Shown piece by piece: positions 46,580 to 58,178 of a stretch of 64,000 nucleotides of DNA. A program made the translations under genes and the position numbers. How positions within the stretch are numbered: the first letter of the stretch is position 1; each line of letters opens with the position of its first letter. The notes below the pieces were generated by a model, which was not told the origin of the DNA, ran no database searches, and was given only the letters and a program-made list of their open reading frames with translations. Source of the stretch: Bacilli bacterium (lineage in GTDB: Bacteria > Bacillota_I > Bacilli_A > RFN20 > CAG-826); the NCBI GenBank assembly GCA_022641095.1, contig JALCDB010000002.1, positions 62,792-126,791 of the forward strand, given 5' to 3'.

Positions 46580-48532
46580 ATGGATAAAACGAAGATAAAG
46601 GCTTTGCTCCGACTAAGCCATGGGTTTTCAGGTCATCACGGCCGTTTGGCGATGTTCTTTTTGTTAGTGGCATCAGCAATATCAAGCGTTTGCACGGTTT
46701 TGATTCCGTTTTTCGAAAAAGCCATTTTGGATGGAATTGGAACCGGAAACGGGCAGACAAGGAACATCGCCGCTTTGATCTGCGTTTGCGTGGCCTCGGC
46801 CATCGCTTTGTTTCTTTGCGCTTTCATAACCACAAAACTGTATTACTCGTTCAAGAAGGAACTTGAGTACGTTCTTCTTCATTCGCTTTCCCAGCAGGAG
46901 AGCAAAACCGTTTCCACAAAAGGCTCCGGCGCCTTCCTTGGCGCCGTTTTTGGCGATTCCGAGCAAATCGCCAGCGTGGTGGCGGTCAATTATTTCTCAA
47001 TCGCTTTCACCCTCGTCGCCTCCATCGCCTCAATTGTCATTTCGGCGGTTTGGAGCTTGACGTTCCTTTTCATCGCGGGCGTTTCCTATTTGCTTATTCT
47101 GGTGGTGATTTTCTCCGCAAACAGAATTTATCTGTCCAATCTGAAAAAAGGAAAGGAAGAGATTTATTCCCTGAATCCCAAAGTGCTGGAGTTCATAGAA
47201 AACAAGAATTCCATTCTTTCCTACAGTTCGTTTGACGCATACGAACAAAGCATGTTCGCCGGCTTCACGAGGCGCGATTCGTTTTTTATCAAAGCGAATC
47301 TTGCAAGCGACATCTCCAAGATTTCGATTTCCGTCATTCAAAGCGTGGCGTTGGCTGTTTTTTTTGCGTTCGCCGCGTTCGATTTGGAGGCCGGAAGGCT
47401 TGATGTCAGCACTTTGGTGGCCCTCATTTCATACTTCTCCGTGATTTTCCTTCCGATCGGCAGCGTGAAAGAGATGTATGAGAATATTCAAAAATTCAAT
47501 GTCTTTTTCGAGAAAGTCAAAGAGCCGCTATGCGCCAGGACGAATCTATGCATTCCTAGGGATGGCCTGATTTGTTTCGATGGGGTTTCCTGCTCTTATG
47601 GAGGGAAAGCCGTTCTTCGCGACATCACTTTCCCAGTTGATGGGAAAATCGCGCTGATCGGTCTTTCGGGCGAGGGGAAGACGACACTGATAAAACTGCT
47701 TTTCGGTTCGGCGAAACCCACCGCTGGCCAAGTCAGCATCGGTCAGCGGAAAAGCGAAAGCGTTTCGAGGAATCTGTTGTTTTCGTGCGTCCGTTATTAT
47801 TCTCAGGATCTCGAGATATTCGACGATGATTTGCTTTTCAATATAACGCTTGGGAAAAAAGGCCTTCCCGTTGAAAAATACCAAAAGGAGCGCGAACGGT
47901 ACGCGCAACGGGTTTTTGACGCTTTCTCAAAAGTGGTTGGAAACGCCGCTTTCTCCAGGAAAAACATCGCTGAGACCACTTCCGTTCTTTGCGACATCTA
48001 CGCGATCGACCCAAAGGATTTGAAAGACAAACGAATCCAGAATGAGGTTTTTTCCGCCATTTCGGCCATCGATGACATTCGGGGAACATCCAGGTTTGTT
48101 TCAGACTGCATTTTCCCCAAGAAGTTTTATTCGACGGAAAGGCTCAATCGAATCATCGCCGATCTTGAGCTGGAGAAACTTGAAGGCAGAAAATTCGGCC
48201 AAAGAGGCTCGAATATTTCCGGCGGGGAAAAAGCCAGGGTTTCGTTGGCCCGGTTTCTGTTGCCCCTCAGTGAGAATTCGTTCGTTCTGGACGAACCGCT
48301 CCTTAGCCTCGATCTTCTTGCGCAGCAGAAACTCACAAAGGTCTTAAAAAGGTATTTGGGCAGTCAAAACGGCATCATCATTACGCATGACTTGGGAATC
48401 GCGAAAGCGCTGTCCGAAAAGATTTTCATCCTCGATGACGCGACCATCAAGTGCCGTGGCACCCATGAGGAATTGCTGGCTGAATCGACCGTTTACAAAG
48501 ACCTGTATTCGGCTTATTCGAATCAAAAATAG
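46580..48532 (+). CDS. ABC transporter, fused permease + ATP-binding protein (exporter type)
   Basis: N-terminal TM helices; Walker A GLSGEGKTTL, signature ISGGEKARVSLAR, Walker B FVLDEPL. Confidence 0.8.
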   Translation: MDKTKIKALLRLSHGFSGHHGRLAMFFLLVASAISSVCTVLIPFFEKAILDGIGTGNGQTRNIAALICVCVASAIALFLCAFITTKLYYSFKKELEYVLLHSLSQQESKTVSTKGSGAFLGAVFGDSEQIASVVAVNYFSIAFTLVASIASIVISAVWSLTFLFIAGVSYLLILVVIFSANRIYLSNLKKGKEEIYSLNPKVLEFIENKNSILSYSSFDAYEQSMFAGFTRRDSFFIKANLASDISKISISVIQSVALAVFFAFAAFDLEAGRLDVSTLVALISYFSVIFLPIGSVKEMYENIQKFNVFFEKVKEPLCARTNLCIPRDGLICFDGVSCSYGGKAVLRDITFPVDGKIALIGLSGEGKTTLIKLLFGSAKPTAGQVSIGQRKSESVSRNLLFSCVRYYSQDLEIFDDDLLFNITLGKKGLPVEKYQKERERYAQRVFDAFSKVVGNAAFSRKNIAETTSVLCDIYAIDPKDLKDKRIQNEVFSAISAIDDIRGTSRFVSDCIFPKKFYSTERLNRIIADLELEKLEGRKFGQRGSNISGGEKARVSLARFLLPLSENSFVLDEPLLSLDLLAQQKLTKVLKRYLGSQNGIIITHDLGIAKALSEKIFILDDATIKCRGTHEELLAESTVYKDLYSAYSNQK

Positions 48533-48681
48533 TCAGCAGTTCGTTTTCTGCCGTTTTTCAAAAGGCCTCTTGCTTGATCTTTGTCGCTTTGTCGGTGTTT
48601 CTTTCGGCTTTTGTATTTTAAAAAAAGAGGTATCTGACGAAAGACGACTGAACTTCCGGGGGTTGACGACATGACGGATCG

Positions 48682-49197
48682 TCAAAACCTGCCGTAGTGG
48701 ATTTTGGCTTTCTCGAAACGGTCGCGGTCCTGCGCGACGTTCCTTTCCCCGGCCTTTCCGATGATGAGAAGGCTGACCGGCATATAACCATCAGGCAATT
48801 TGAAGTAACTTATGAGCTCTTTATAAAAGTCGCTGCCGAACTTGATGCCGCACCAAAGCGATCCATACCCCAAGTCATAAGCGGCCAAAAGGATATTTTG
48901 GCTAACGTTGGAGCAATCCTCGATCATGAATTCCGGCGTTGGGTTTTTGTTGCTGTCCCCGACGACGAGAACGCTCAAAGCGGCTTCGGCGGCGATGTCG
49001 CAGGTGGGTTTGGCTTTCGCAAAACCCCTCCAAAAAGCGTTGTCGACGTTGACGACGAGCTCATACGGCCGCCGATTCATGGCGCTCGGGGCTTCCAGGC
49101 CCGCCTTCAGAATAGCGTCGACGTCCTTTTGCGGGATTTCCGCCTCGACGTATTTACGGACGCTTTGGCGGCCTTCGATGCATTTCAACGTTTCCAT
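48682..49197 (-). CDS. Nitroreductase-family protein
   Basis: CIEGRQSVRKY…APSAMNRRPYELVV…GSLWCG are nitroreductase fold motifs. Confidence 0.7.
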   Translation of the reverse strand: METLKCIEGRQSVRKYVEAEIPQKDVDAILKAGLEAPSAMNRRPYELVVNVDNAFWRGFAKAKPTCDIAAEAALSVLVVGDSNKNPTPEFMIEDCSNVSQNILLAAYDLGYGSLWCGIKFGSDFYKELISYFKLPDGYMPVSLLIIGKAGERNVAQDRDRFEKAKIHYGRF

Positions 49198-49327
49198 GCG
49201 GATTCCTCCAATTTCTTAATAATTATAGCATTTTTCTGCGCTTTCCGCTCACTTTTCCTTCCTTTCCTTTAGGGTACACGCGCTCGCTCTCGCGTGCTAG
49301 AATACATGCACAGGAACCAGACAGCTT

Positions 49328-50197
49328 ATGAAAATTGCCCTCTCCGCCGAAAGCACGATCGATCTTCAGGACGATCTGCTTGAAAAATACGATATTCATA
49401 CCATTTCCTATACATTGGTCTTGGGGGACAAAACCATTCCCGACGAGGAAGTGAAGGGCGAGGAGATCTTCGCCTATACCGCCAAGACCGGCATTTTGGC
49501 CAAGACGACCGCCGTCAACGTCGCCGAATTCGAAAGGCATTTCCGAAAGCTTCTCGAGAGCCATGACGCTGTCATCCATTTCTCTCTGTCGAAGACGCTG
49601 TCATCGTCCTACAACAACGCCTGCTTGGCCGCCAAAGGGCTCAAGAACGTTTACGTCATCGATAGCGCGGAACTTTCGACCGGGATCGCCCTTGAGGCCA
49701 TTTACGCCCGCAAACTGATCGACGCCGGCAAAAAAGCCGATGAGATCGTTGGCCTTGTGAAAAGGAGAATCCCCTCGGTCCAGGCTTCCTTCTCCCTCGA
49801 GCACGTCGACTACCTTTATAAGGGCGGCCGCTGCAACGCGATGGCGCTTCTCGGCGCCAATATCCTTAACATAAAACCGGAGATCATCGTCAAGAACGGC
49901 GTCATGGTGGCCGGCAAAAAAGACCGGGGCCCGATGGAGAAGGCCACGATGAGCTATGTCGAAAACACCCTCGCGGAGTTCTCCAATCCTGATCCGGAGG
50001 AGGTTTTCGTCACTTTTTCGAGCAGTTACGAGTTACCCGAGATCAAAGCCTTGGTCGACAAAGTCGCTTCGGTTCTTAGGGCGCGCGGCTTCAAGAACGT
50101 CCACATCACCCAAGCCAACGCCACGGTTTGCTGCCACTGCGGGCCCCACACCCTCGGCATTCTCTATATTAACGACGGTCCGCACCCCATCGTTTGA
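49328..50197 (+). CDS. DegV family fatty-acid-binding protein
   Basis: MKIALSAESTIDL…YVIDSAELSTG are DegV motifs. Confidence 0.8.
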   Translation: MKIALSAESTIDLQDDLLEKYDIHTISYTLVLGDKTIPDEEVKGEEIFAYTAKTGILAKTTAVNVAEFERHFRKLLESHDAVIHFSLSKTLSSSYNNACLAAKGLKNVYVIDSAELSTGIALEAIYARKLIDAGKKADEIVGLVKRRIPSVQASFSLEHVDYLYKGGRCNAMALLGANILNIKPEIIVKNGVMVAGKKDRGPMEKATMSYVENTLAEFSNPDPEEVFVTFSSSYELPEIKALVDKVASVLRARGFKNVHITQANATVCCHCGPHTLGILYINDGPHPIV

Positions 50198-50198
50198 T

Positions 50199-51233
50199 AT
50201 GCCCTTCGCGAATTTTCGGCATATCGGCTCCTGGCTTCTTTTGCTGGGGGCTTTTTGCGCCGGGTGCGCGCCCGCCAAAGAGGAAGGGCCCGCCCTTGGC
50301 GATTATGTGAGCGAACTTCCTTTTCGCGAAGGATACGCGATCCTTCAATTGAGCGACCTCCATTTTGGGTGCGAGACCGATTTGCCGCACGAGTTGGCGT
50401 ATCTCGACGCGGTGGTCGCCGCCGCGAGACAACCCGATTTTCTCATGCTGACCGGCGATTGCTTCCTTTTGGGCAATGAGAGAATCGCCTCCGCCCTTTT
50501 CGCGCGGATTCGCTCGTATGGGGTTCCCTATGGGGTCACGTGGGGGAATCACGACGCCGACGGGTATTACCGTTTCTCGTGGCTGGAGGAGTTGGTTCAA
50601 GAAGGGGCCGGCGTTTACCGCCATCCGAAAGGCTCCCCGCTTAGCGGCGCCAGCAATTACGTGGTGAACCTCGTTCAAGGCGGGAAACCCGTTTGGCAGC
50701 TCTATTCCCTCGACAGCCACAGTTGCGTCCAGACGAGCCCCTTCCGTTACGAGCACCCGCCGATCGACGAAGGCCAGGTCTCATGGTACGAAAGCGAATG
50801 CGAAGCCGCGAAAGGATCTGACGGGTCTTACGTTCCGTCCATCGCCTATTTCCACATTCCGCTCCGGGAGACGGCGAAGGCTTACGCCGACGAGGGCGGG
50901 CTCACCACCTACCTGAAGTGGGAGAAGCACGAATCCATTTCACCGTCCTACAGGGGATCCTCTTTCTTTTCCTCCGCCAAAAAACGGAATGCCAAGGCTC
51001 TTTTCTATGGCCATGACCACGGCAACGATTTCGTGGCCGATTACGATGGGGTGACCTTGGGGTACGGGGTCAAAACGGACAAGGAACTCTATTACGCGAG
51101 AAGCGAGAAGCGGGGCTACGACCTCATCGGCGGCTCCCTTCTCACGCTCCATGAGGACGCGACGTTCGACCTGACGCACCTTTACGTTCAGGACGACGCG
51201 GTTCATACGACCTATCGGGAGGGTTACAAATGA
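50199..51233 (+). CDS. Metallophosphoesterase (calcineurin-like) lipoprotein
   Basis: Lipoprotein signal LLLLGAFCAGC; GDCF…GNHD phosphoesterase motifs. The ATG at 50199 is preferred over the track start at 49956, which overlaps degV. Confidence 0.7.
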   Translation: MPFANFRHIGSWLLLLGAFCAGCAPAKEEGPALGDYVSELPFREGYAILQLSDLHFGCETDLPHELAYLDAVVAAARQPDFLMLTGDCFLLGNERIASALFARIRSYGVPYGVTWGNHDADGYYRFSWLEELVQEGAGVYRHPKGSPLSGASNYVVNLVQGGKPVWQLYSLDSHSCVQTSPFRYEHPPIDEGQVSWYESECEAAKGSDGSYVPSIAYFHIPLRETAKAYADEGGLTTYLKWEKHESISPSYRGSSFFSSAKKRNAKALFYGHDHGNDFVADYDGVTLGYGVKTDKELYYARSEKRGYDLIGGSLLTLHEDATFDLTHLYVQDDAVHTTYREGYK

Positions 51234-52111
51234 GGCGGAGCCCGGTTCGCGCGACCCTGCTTTCGCTGGCTTTGGTTTACGCGGGCTGGTGCCTTTCGAA
51301 CCTCTTGCTTTCCCTCGCTCAGGAAATCCCGAATTTCTTTCGCTTCGCCCTCCCCTATTGGATGGGCGAGGTCTACGCGCTGGGGGTCGTCGTTTTCGCC
51401 CTCCGTCTCCTCAAGTCCGCTTTCGAGGGCATCTCCTCACGGAAGGCGAAGCGGTGGGCTTTGGCGATGGTCTTAGTCGCGTTCGCGGTGATATTGGGGA
51501 TTTGCCTCGAGGTTTCTTTCGGGGTCCTCGGTTGGTTCGCGGGGGGCTTCGACCCGCTCTATCCGCTTGAGCCCTTAATCGGCTCGTTTCTGATGCTCGC
51601 CCTCGGCTCTTGGCTTTACTTTCGGAAGCTTAACGGAGGGGACTCGCCCCAGAAAGCGCCGTCCCGTCCGTGGTGGGAGCGTTGCGGGAAGGGAATCTTC
51701 GCCCTCTTGGCCATCGCTTTCTTCGGTCTCTTCCTTAACGGCGTTTGGTTCCTCGACCCCGAAGGCGGGCATCTCCCCGGCCTCATCGGCTTTTGTCTTT
51801 ACATGGCGCTCCCTTTCGCGATGATGGTCGCTTATCTCTATCTGTCCGCCGAAGGAGGGTCTTTGCCCAAAAAGGCCGTCCCCGTCTTCTGCGGCGTCTA
51901 TTTGGCCCTTGGCCTTCTCCTCGCCCTTTGGCGTTGGATCGCCCTTGGGCTCGACCCCCTCTACCTCGCCGAAGGGGGCGCGATCCTTCTCCCCTACGAT
52001 TACATGAACCGCCTCGCCTATGGGACCGTTTTCCTTTTCGTCATCAACGTCATCGTCCCCGCCGGGGGCCTTCTCCGCTCTTGCATACGCCCGCGTAAGC
52101 GTGTATCTTAA
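51230..52111 (+). CDS. Integral membrane protein (multi-pass, unknown function)
   Basis: Multiple hydrophobic helices; ATGA overlap with the upstream gene. Confidence 0.5.
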   Translation: MRRSPVRATLLSLALVYAGWCLSNLLLSLAQEIPNFFRFALPYWMGEVYALGVVVFALRLLKSAFEGISSRKAKRWALAMVLVAFAVILGICLEVSFGVLGWFAGGFDPLYPLEPLIGSFLMLALGSWLYFRKLNGGDSPQKAPSRPWWERCGKGIFALLAIAFFGLFLNGVWFLDPEGGHLPGLIGFCLYMALPFAMMVAYLYLSAEGGSLPKKAVPVFCGVYLALGLLLALWRWIALGLDPLYLAEGGAILLPYDYMNRLAYGTVFLFVINVIVPAGGLLRSCIRPRKRVS

Positions 52112-52208
52112 ATGGTGCGGAAGACCCTCGAGCAGGCTCCGCCCAAGCTCAATAGTCGAATGTGAGTGGCCTTCTATTGGAGCCACTCTTTCTTTTGGGG
52201 AGGCAGGG

Positions 52209-52667
52209 ATGGACGAAATATCCAAAGTGACGGCGCTTCTTGAGGCGCCTTTGGCCAAAGCCGGGTACGATTTGGCCTCAGTCAAACTGACGCGCGACAG
52301 GGATGGGCTCACGCTTCATGTGGCGGTCGATCGCCTCGCGCCCATTTCGCTCGACGACATCGTTGAAGTGAGCGATCTCATCAATCCGCTTCTTGACGCC
52401 GCCGACCCCATCGAGGGTCCTTACACGCTCGACGTCAGCAGCCTCGGGGCCGAGAAGCCGATAAAGCCCGAAAGGCTCGGCGATTACGTGGGCCGTTACG
52501 TCAATCTTCACCTCTCTTGCCCTTGCCAAGGCGAGAACGTCCTTGAGGGCGTCATCGCCTCCGTCGGGGACGACATCGTCATCCGGGTCAAAAACAAGAC
52601 CCACTTCCGGGAATTCGCTTTCCCGGCCAAAAACGTCGATAAGGCCAGACTGGCCATCGAACTATAG
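52209..52667 (+). CDS. rimP: Ribosome maturation factor RimP
   Basis: MDEISKVTALLEAPLAKAGYDLASVKL… and its position upstream of nusA. Confidence 0.75.
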   Translation: MDEISKVTALLEAPLAKAGYDLASVKLTRDRDGLTLHVAVDRLAPISLDDIVEVSDLINPLLDAADPIEGPYTLDVSSLGAEKPIKPERLGDYVGRYVNLHLSCPCQGENVLEGVIASVGDDIVIRVKNKTHFREFAFPAKNVDKARLAIEL

Positions 52668-52693
52668 AAGAAAGAAAAAGAAGGAAAACAGTT

Positions 52694-54430
52694 ATGGATG
52701 CACAAGCATTCGCCAGCGCGATTCACGAAATCGCGGAATCCAAGGGTCTCACCGACGAGGCCGTCGTAAACGCCCTCAAGGACGCCCTCCAAAAAGCCTA
52801 TCTCCATTATTTGGCCCAAGGACTCGCGATTGGCGACGACGCCGTCGTGACCGTCGATATCGACATGTCCAAAGGCGAGATCGTCCTCGCTCAGGTCAAG
52901 AAGGTCGTCGACGAGGTCCAGGACGATTACCTCGAGATTAGCGTCGCGGACGCCAATAAGGGCCTTAAGAAGAAAAAATACAAGGCCGGCGACGATTTCC
53001 CCATCCCATGCCCGGCCGAGGAACTCAGCAAAATGACCGCTCAGGCCGTCAAAACGATCCTCCGTCAGAAGATCGCCGAAGCTGAGCGCGTCGCCCTTTA
53101 CGACGTTTACAAGGATCACATCGGCGAGATGATAACCGGCACCGTCGAGAAGGCGGACGACCGGAGCGTCACCGTCAACATCGGCCGTACCATGGTCGAG
53201 CTCGGCCGTCGCGAGATGATCGGCGACGAATACTTCAAAGTCGGCGACCCGATCAAGGTCTACATCCAGGAAGTCAAGGAAGCCCAGCAGGAAGGCAAAC
53301 CATCCCACGGCCCCCAGATCGAAGTCACCCGCAGCAGCGAGGGCTTCCTTAAGCGCCTCTTTGAGGAGGAAATCCACGAAATCTACGACGGCACCGTCCT
53401 CATCAAGGGCATCGCCCGCGAAGCCGGCGTGCGCAGCAAAGTCGCCGTCATGAGCACGAACGAGGACGTGGACGCTACAGGCGCCTGCATCGGCCCGAGC
53501 GGCAGCCGCATCCAAAAGATCGTGAGCCAGCTCGGAAATGGGAAGGACAAAGAGAAAATCGACATCATCGCCTATAGCGACAACCCCGGCCTTTACGTCG
53601 CGGAATCGCTTCGCCCGGCCCAGGTCCTGGGCGTGGCTTTGCAACCCGTCGACCCCGCTTCGCCGTACCAAAAGGCCATCGCCGTCGTCAAAGACGAGCA
53701 ACTGAGCCTTGCTATCGGCAAGAAAGGCGCCAATGCCCGGTTGGCCAATAAACTGACCGGCTTCAGCATCGACATCATGGAGGAGAGCGAAGCGCAGGAG
53801 GAAGCCCTCGAATACGCCACGATGGAAGAGCTTCAGAAGCAGGCCGACGACGAAAAGAAGGTCTTGGAGCGGCAGGCCTACGCCGAAAAGAGCCAGGAAG
53901 AGGCGAGAAAGCGAGCCGAGGAGGCCGCCTTGGCCGCCACCTTGGCCGCCCCGGTCGCCAAAGCCCATGAAGAAGAGGCCGATTCGCCCATCCCTGAAGC
54001 GCCGGTCGCGCAAACGGTCGCGCCCCTCCCTTCTCCGGAGACTCAAAAAGCCTCCACGAAGGAAGAGGAAATCGCGCCGGCCCCCGCCCCAATCGAGGAA
54101 AAGCCAGTCATGCCCACGCTCGTCAAGACCACCAAGACCCTCGACGAACTCGAGAAGGAGCTCGAAGAGGAGAAAAAACGCGTTCCCGAGCCGAGCGGCA
54201 AGCCTTACGAGAAACGCAAATACGGCAAGCGCCCTCGGAAGATCACTGATGAGGAGCAGGCTCACGCCAAACCGACGGAGGTCGTTCCCTCAGCCAGCGC
54301 CATGCCGATCTACTCGCAAGAGGAACTTGACGAAATCGCCAAAGAGGAGGAGGAGGCCTCCGCCGACGCCAAATCCGATGTCGAAGACCTCGATAACGAG
54401 GATTTCGACAAATACTACGATGACAAGTGA
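52694..54430 (+). CDS. nusA: Transcription termination/antitermination factor NusA with a long acidic C-terminal extension
   Basis: S1 domain (GEMITGTVEK…) and two KH domains (IGPSGSRIQKIV…; AIGKKGANARLA). A 170-aa Glu/Ala/Pro-rich tail. Confidence 0.85.
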   Translation: MDAQAFASAIHEIAESKGLTDEAVVNALKDALQKAYLHYLAQGLAIGDDAVVTVDIDMSKGEIVLAQVKKVVDEVQDDYLEISVADANKGLKKKKYKAGDDFPIPCPAEELSKMTAQAVKTILRQKIAEAERVALYDVYKDHIGEMITGTVEKADDRSVTVNIGRTMVELGRREMIGDEYFKVGDPIKVYIQEVKEAQQEGKPSHGPQIEVTRSSEGFLKRLFEEEIHEIYDGTVLIKGIAREAGVRSKVAVMSTNEDVDATGACIGPSGSRIQKIVSQLGNGKDKEKIDIIAYSDNPGLYVAESLRPAQVLGVALQPVDPASPYQKAIAVVKDEQLSLAIGKKGANARLANKLTGFSIDIMEESEAQEEALEYATMEELQKQADDEKKVLERQAYAEKSQEEARKRAEEAALAATLAAPVAKAHEEEADSPIPEAPVAQTVAPLPSPETQKASTKEEEIAPAPAPIEEKPVMPTLVKTTKTLDELEKELEEEKKRVPEPSGKPYEKRKYGKRPRKITDEEQAHAKPTEVVPSASAMPIYSQEELDEIAKEEEEASADAKSDVEDLDNEDFDKYYDDK

Positions 54431-54465
54431 GACCGTAAACGCCCTTGCTCAGGGGAAGACACCGA

Positions 54466-54761
54466 ATGGGTAAGAACGAATTAGGATTTCTAGGTCTCTT
54501 ATATAGGGGCCATCAAGCCTTCATCGGCAAGGAAGCCAAGGCGGCGTTGGCGGGGATTTCGCTCCTCGTCGTCGCCTCCGATGCCTCGCCAAGAATAGCC
54601 GGAGAATACGTTTTGCGGGCGGAGAAACGGGGCGTTCCCGTCCTCCGCGACGTGAGCAAAGCCGACTTGGGGCGCGCCCTGGGACGGAAAGAGGTCAGTT
54701 GCCTCGCCATTCTTGGCAAGAAGGCGGCGGAAAGCCTCCTAGCGAAACGAAAGGAGAATGA

Positions 54762-54765
<4 letters not shown>
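54466..54765 (+). CDS. L7Ae-family ribosomal-protein-like protein (YlxQ-like)
   Basis: LGLLYRGHQAFIGKEAKAALAGISLLVVASDASP is L7Ae/YlxQ-like; sits between nusA and infB. Confidence 0.6.
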
Positions 54766-56624
<1,859 letters not shown>

Positions 56625-56627
56625 CGT

Positions 56628-56990
56628 ATGGCGAACCGCCAAGGGCGCGTCAAGGCCCTTATCCAAAAAAACCTGAGCGACATCCTCACGCGCGAACTCC
56701 ATAATCCGCGCGTAGGGTTGCCGTCCATCAGCGAAGTCGCGGTCAACAGCGATTACAGCCTCGCCAAGGTCTATGTGAGTTTCCTCGGCGCCAAATACCC
56801 CCGCCAATGCCTTGAGGAACTGAACCGCTGCAAAGGCTACGTCCGTTCGTCTTTGGCCAAGAAAATGGACATCTACAAAATTCCGGATATCGTTTTCGTC
56901 TATGACGACCAGTTCGATAAGGCCGCCCGACTCGAAGAGGCTCTGGCCCGCGAGGAGAAAAGCCTCAAAGACGCCAAAAAAGGCAAATGA
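56628..56990 (+). CDS. rbfA: Ribosome-binding factor A
   Basis: RVKALIQKNLSDILTRELHNPRVG is RbfA-like and sits after infB. Confidence 0.8.
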   Translation: MANRQGRVKALIQKNLSDILTRELHNPRVGLPSISEVAVNSDYSLAKVYVSFLGAKYPRQCLEELNRCKGYVRSSLAKKMDIYKIPDIVFVYDDQFDKAARLEEALAREEKSLKDAKKGK

Positions 56991-57034
56991 AAGAAAGGGG
57001 ATCCGGAGCAAACCGGGTCTTTTTTTCATCGCCC

Positions 57035-58150
57035 TTATTTCTCGATTCGCCTCAGGTAGCGCTCCGTTTTGCGGCCCGGCTCTTTCCTTTTAACGAATCC
57101 CGCTTCCAATTTGGTTCGCTTCGAGCAGCCTAGAAGCACGAAAGTGACGGGATTCGCCGTTTTGCCGACGATATCCACGACTTCCTGAATCGCGATGGCT
57201 TGGGCCCTTTGCGGCCCCGAAAGCCCCTCGATGGCGAAGCGATGGCCGCTGAGGCGGCGATAGGCCACGGTCCCCACGCGCTCGTGCCGGCGCAAAACGA
57301 GATAGAGGGCCTCCCCTTCCTTAGGGGGCTTGTTGGCGAAAGGCGTTCCGACGATATCCTGAGCCGATATGATAGGTTTCAAAGCGTATGAGTGATCGCG
57401 GGCGCTTTCGAACTCAAGCGAGGAGAAATAGAGTTTGAAAGGGGCGAAATTCGTGAGCATGCTTCGGAAATTCCCCTTGGCTTCCGGCCATTGCGCGTAG
57501 ATGGATTTCAGGAGGTTTTTCGTGGCTTGGCGGTCCGTGAAGCCATTGGCTGGGCACTGGCTTTTCAAAACGGGCAGCCTCTCCTCCTCGGCGAGGAGGC
57601 TCAGGTCCCTCTCGTAGCAATAGATAAGGGGCCGAATGAAGGTCACGTGGGCCCGCTCCAGCCGCATCTTGGGTTCGAAGGTGGCGACCCTTCCCCCGTG
57701 GATCATGTTCATGAAAAGCGTTTCCGTCGCGTCGTCGCTATGATGGGCGAAGGCCACTTTGTTGTAACCAAGCTCTTTGGCGATGCCGTTCATGGCCGCC
57801 TTCTTCATCCGCGAGCAGATGCTGCAGGGAAGATGGCGGCCGGGTTTCGCGTGGGCCTTCAGGATATCATAGACGAAACGGGAATCGCTGACGTAGAGCT
57901 CGCTCCCTAACGAATGGCAGAATCCCCTGAGCGGGGACAGGTCGGGATTTCCGAAACCCAGGTCGAGATAGACCGGTTTCACTTCGAAGTTCTTCGCGGC
58001 GAAGCGGCCGTAGAGAGAAAGGGCGCGCAGCAGGCAAAGGCTGTCTTTGCCGCCCGAAAGGCCAACGAGGATTTTATCCCCCTCATCGATGAGCGAGAAG
58101 TCGCGGTCGGCTTTCCGCAGGGCCGCAAGGACGTGTCGAATGTATTTCAT
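57035..58150 (-). CDS. PP-loop ATPase, TtcA/TilS-like tRNA-modifying enzyme with a C-terminal extension
   Basis: LVGLSGGKDSLCLL PP-loop; CSICSRMK. Preferred start MKYIRHV with a GGAGG RBS; the longest ORF extends to 58354. Confidence 0.55.
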   Translation of the reverse strand: MKYIRHVLAALRKADRDFSLIDEGDKILVGLSGGKDSLCLLRALSLYGRFAAKNFEVKPVYLDLGFGNPDLSPLRGFCHSLGSELYVSDSRFVYDILKAHAKPGRHLPCSICSRMKKAAMNGIAKELGYNKVAFAHHSDDATETLFMNMIHGGRVATFEPKMRLERAHVTFIRPLIYCYERDLSLLAEEERLPVLKSQCPANGFTDRQATKNLLKSIYAQWPEAKGNFRSMLTNFAPFKLYFSSLEFESARDHSYALKPIISAQDIVGTPFANKPPKEGEALYLVLRRHERVGTVAYRRLSGHRFAIEGLSGPQRAQAIAIQEVVDIVGKTANPVTFVLLGCSKRTKLEAGFVKRKEPGRKTERYLRRIEK

Positions 58151-58178
58151 GGGGTAAAAGCGCCTCCGAGACATTATA

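Noticed and set aside
48660-48690. Hairpin TTGACGA…TCGTCAA between the convergent ABC transporter and nitroreductase genes as a bidirectional terminator
   Set aside because: The stem overlaps the nitroreductase stop codon and lacks an adjacent U-tract on either strand, so it is too weak to call.
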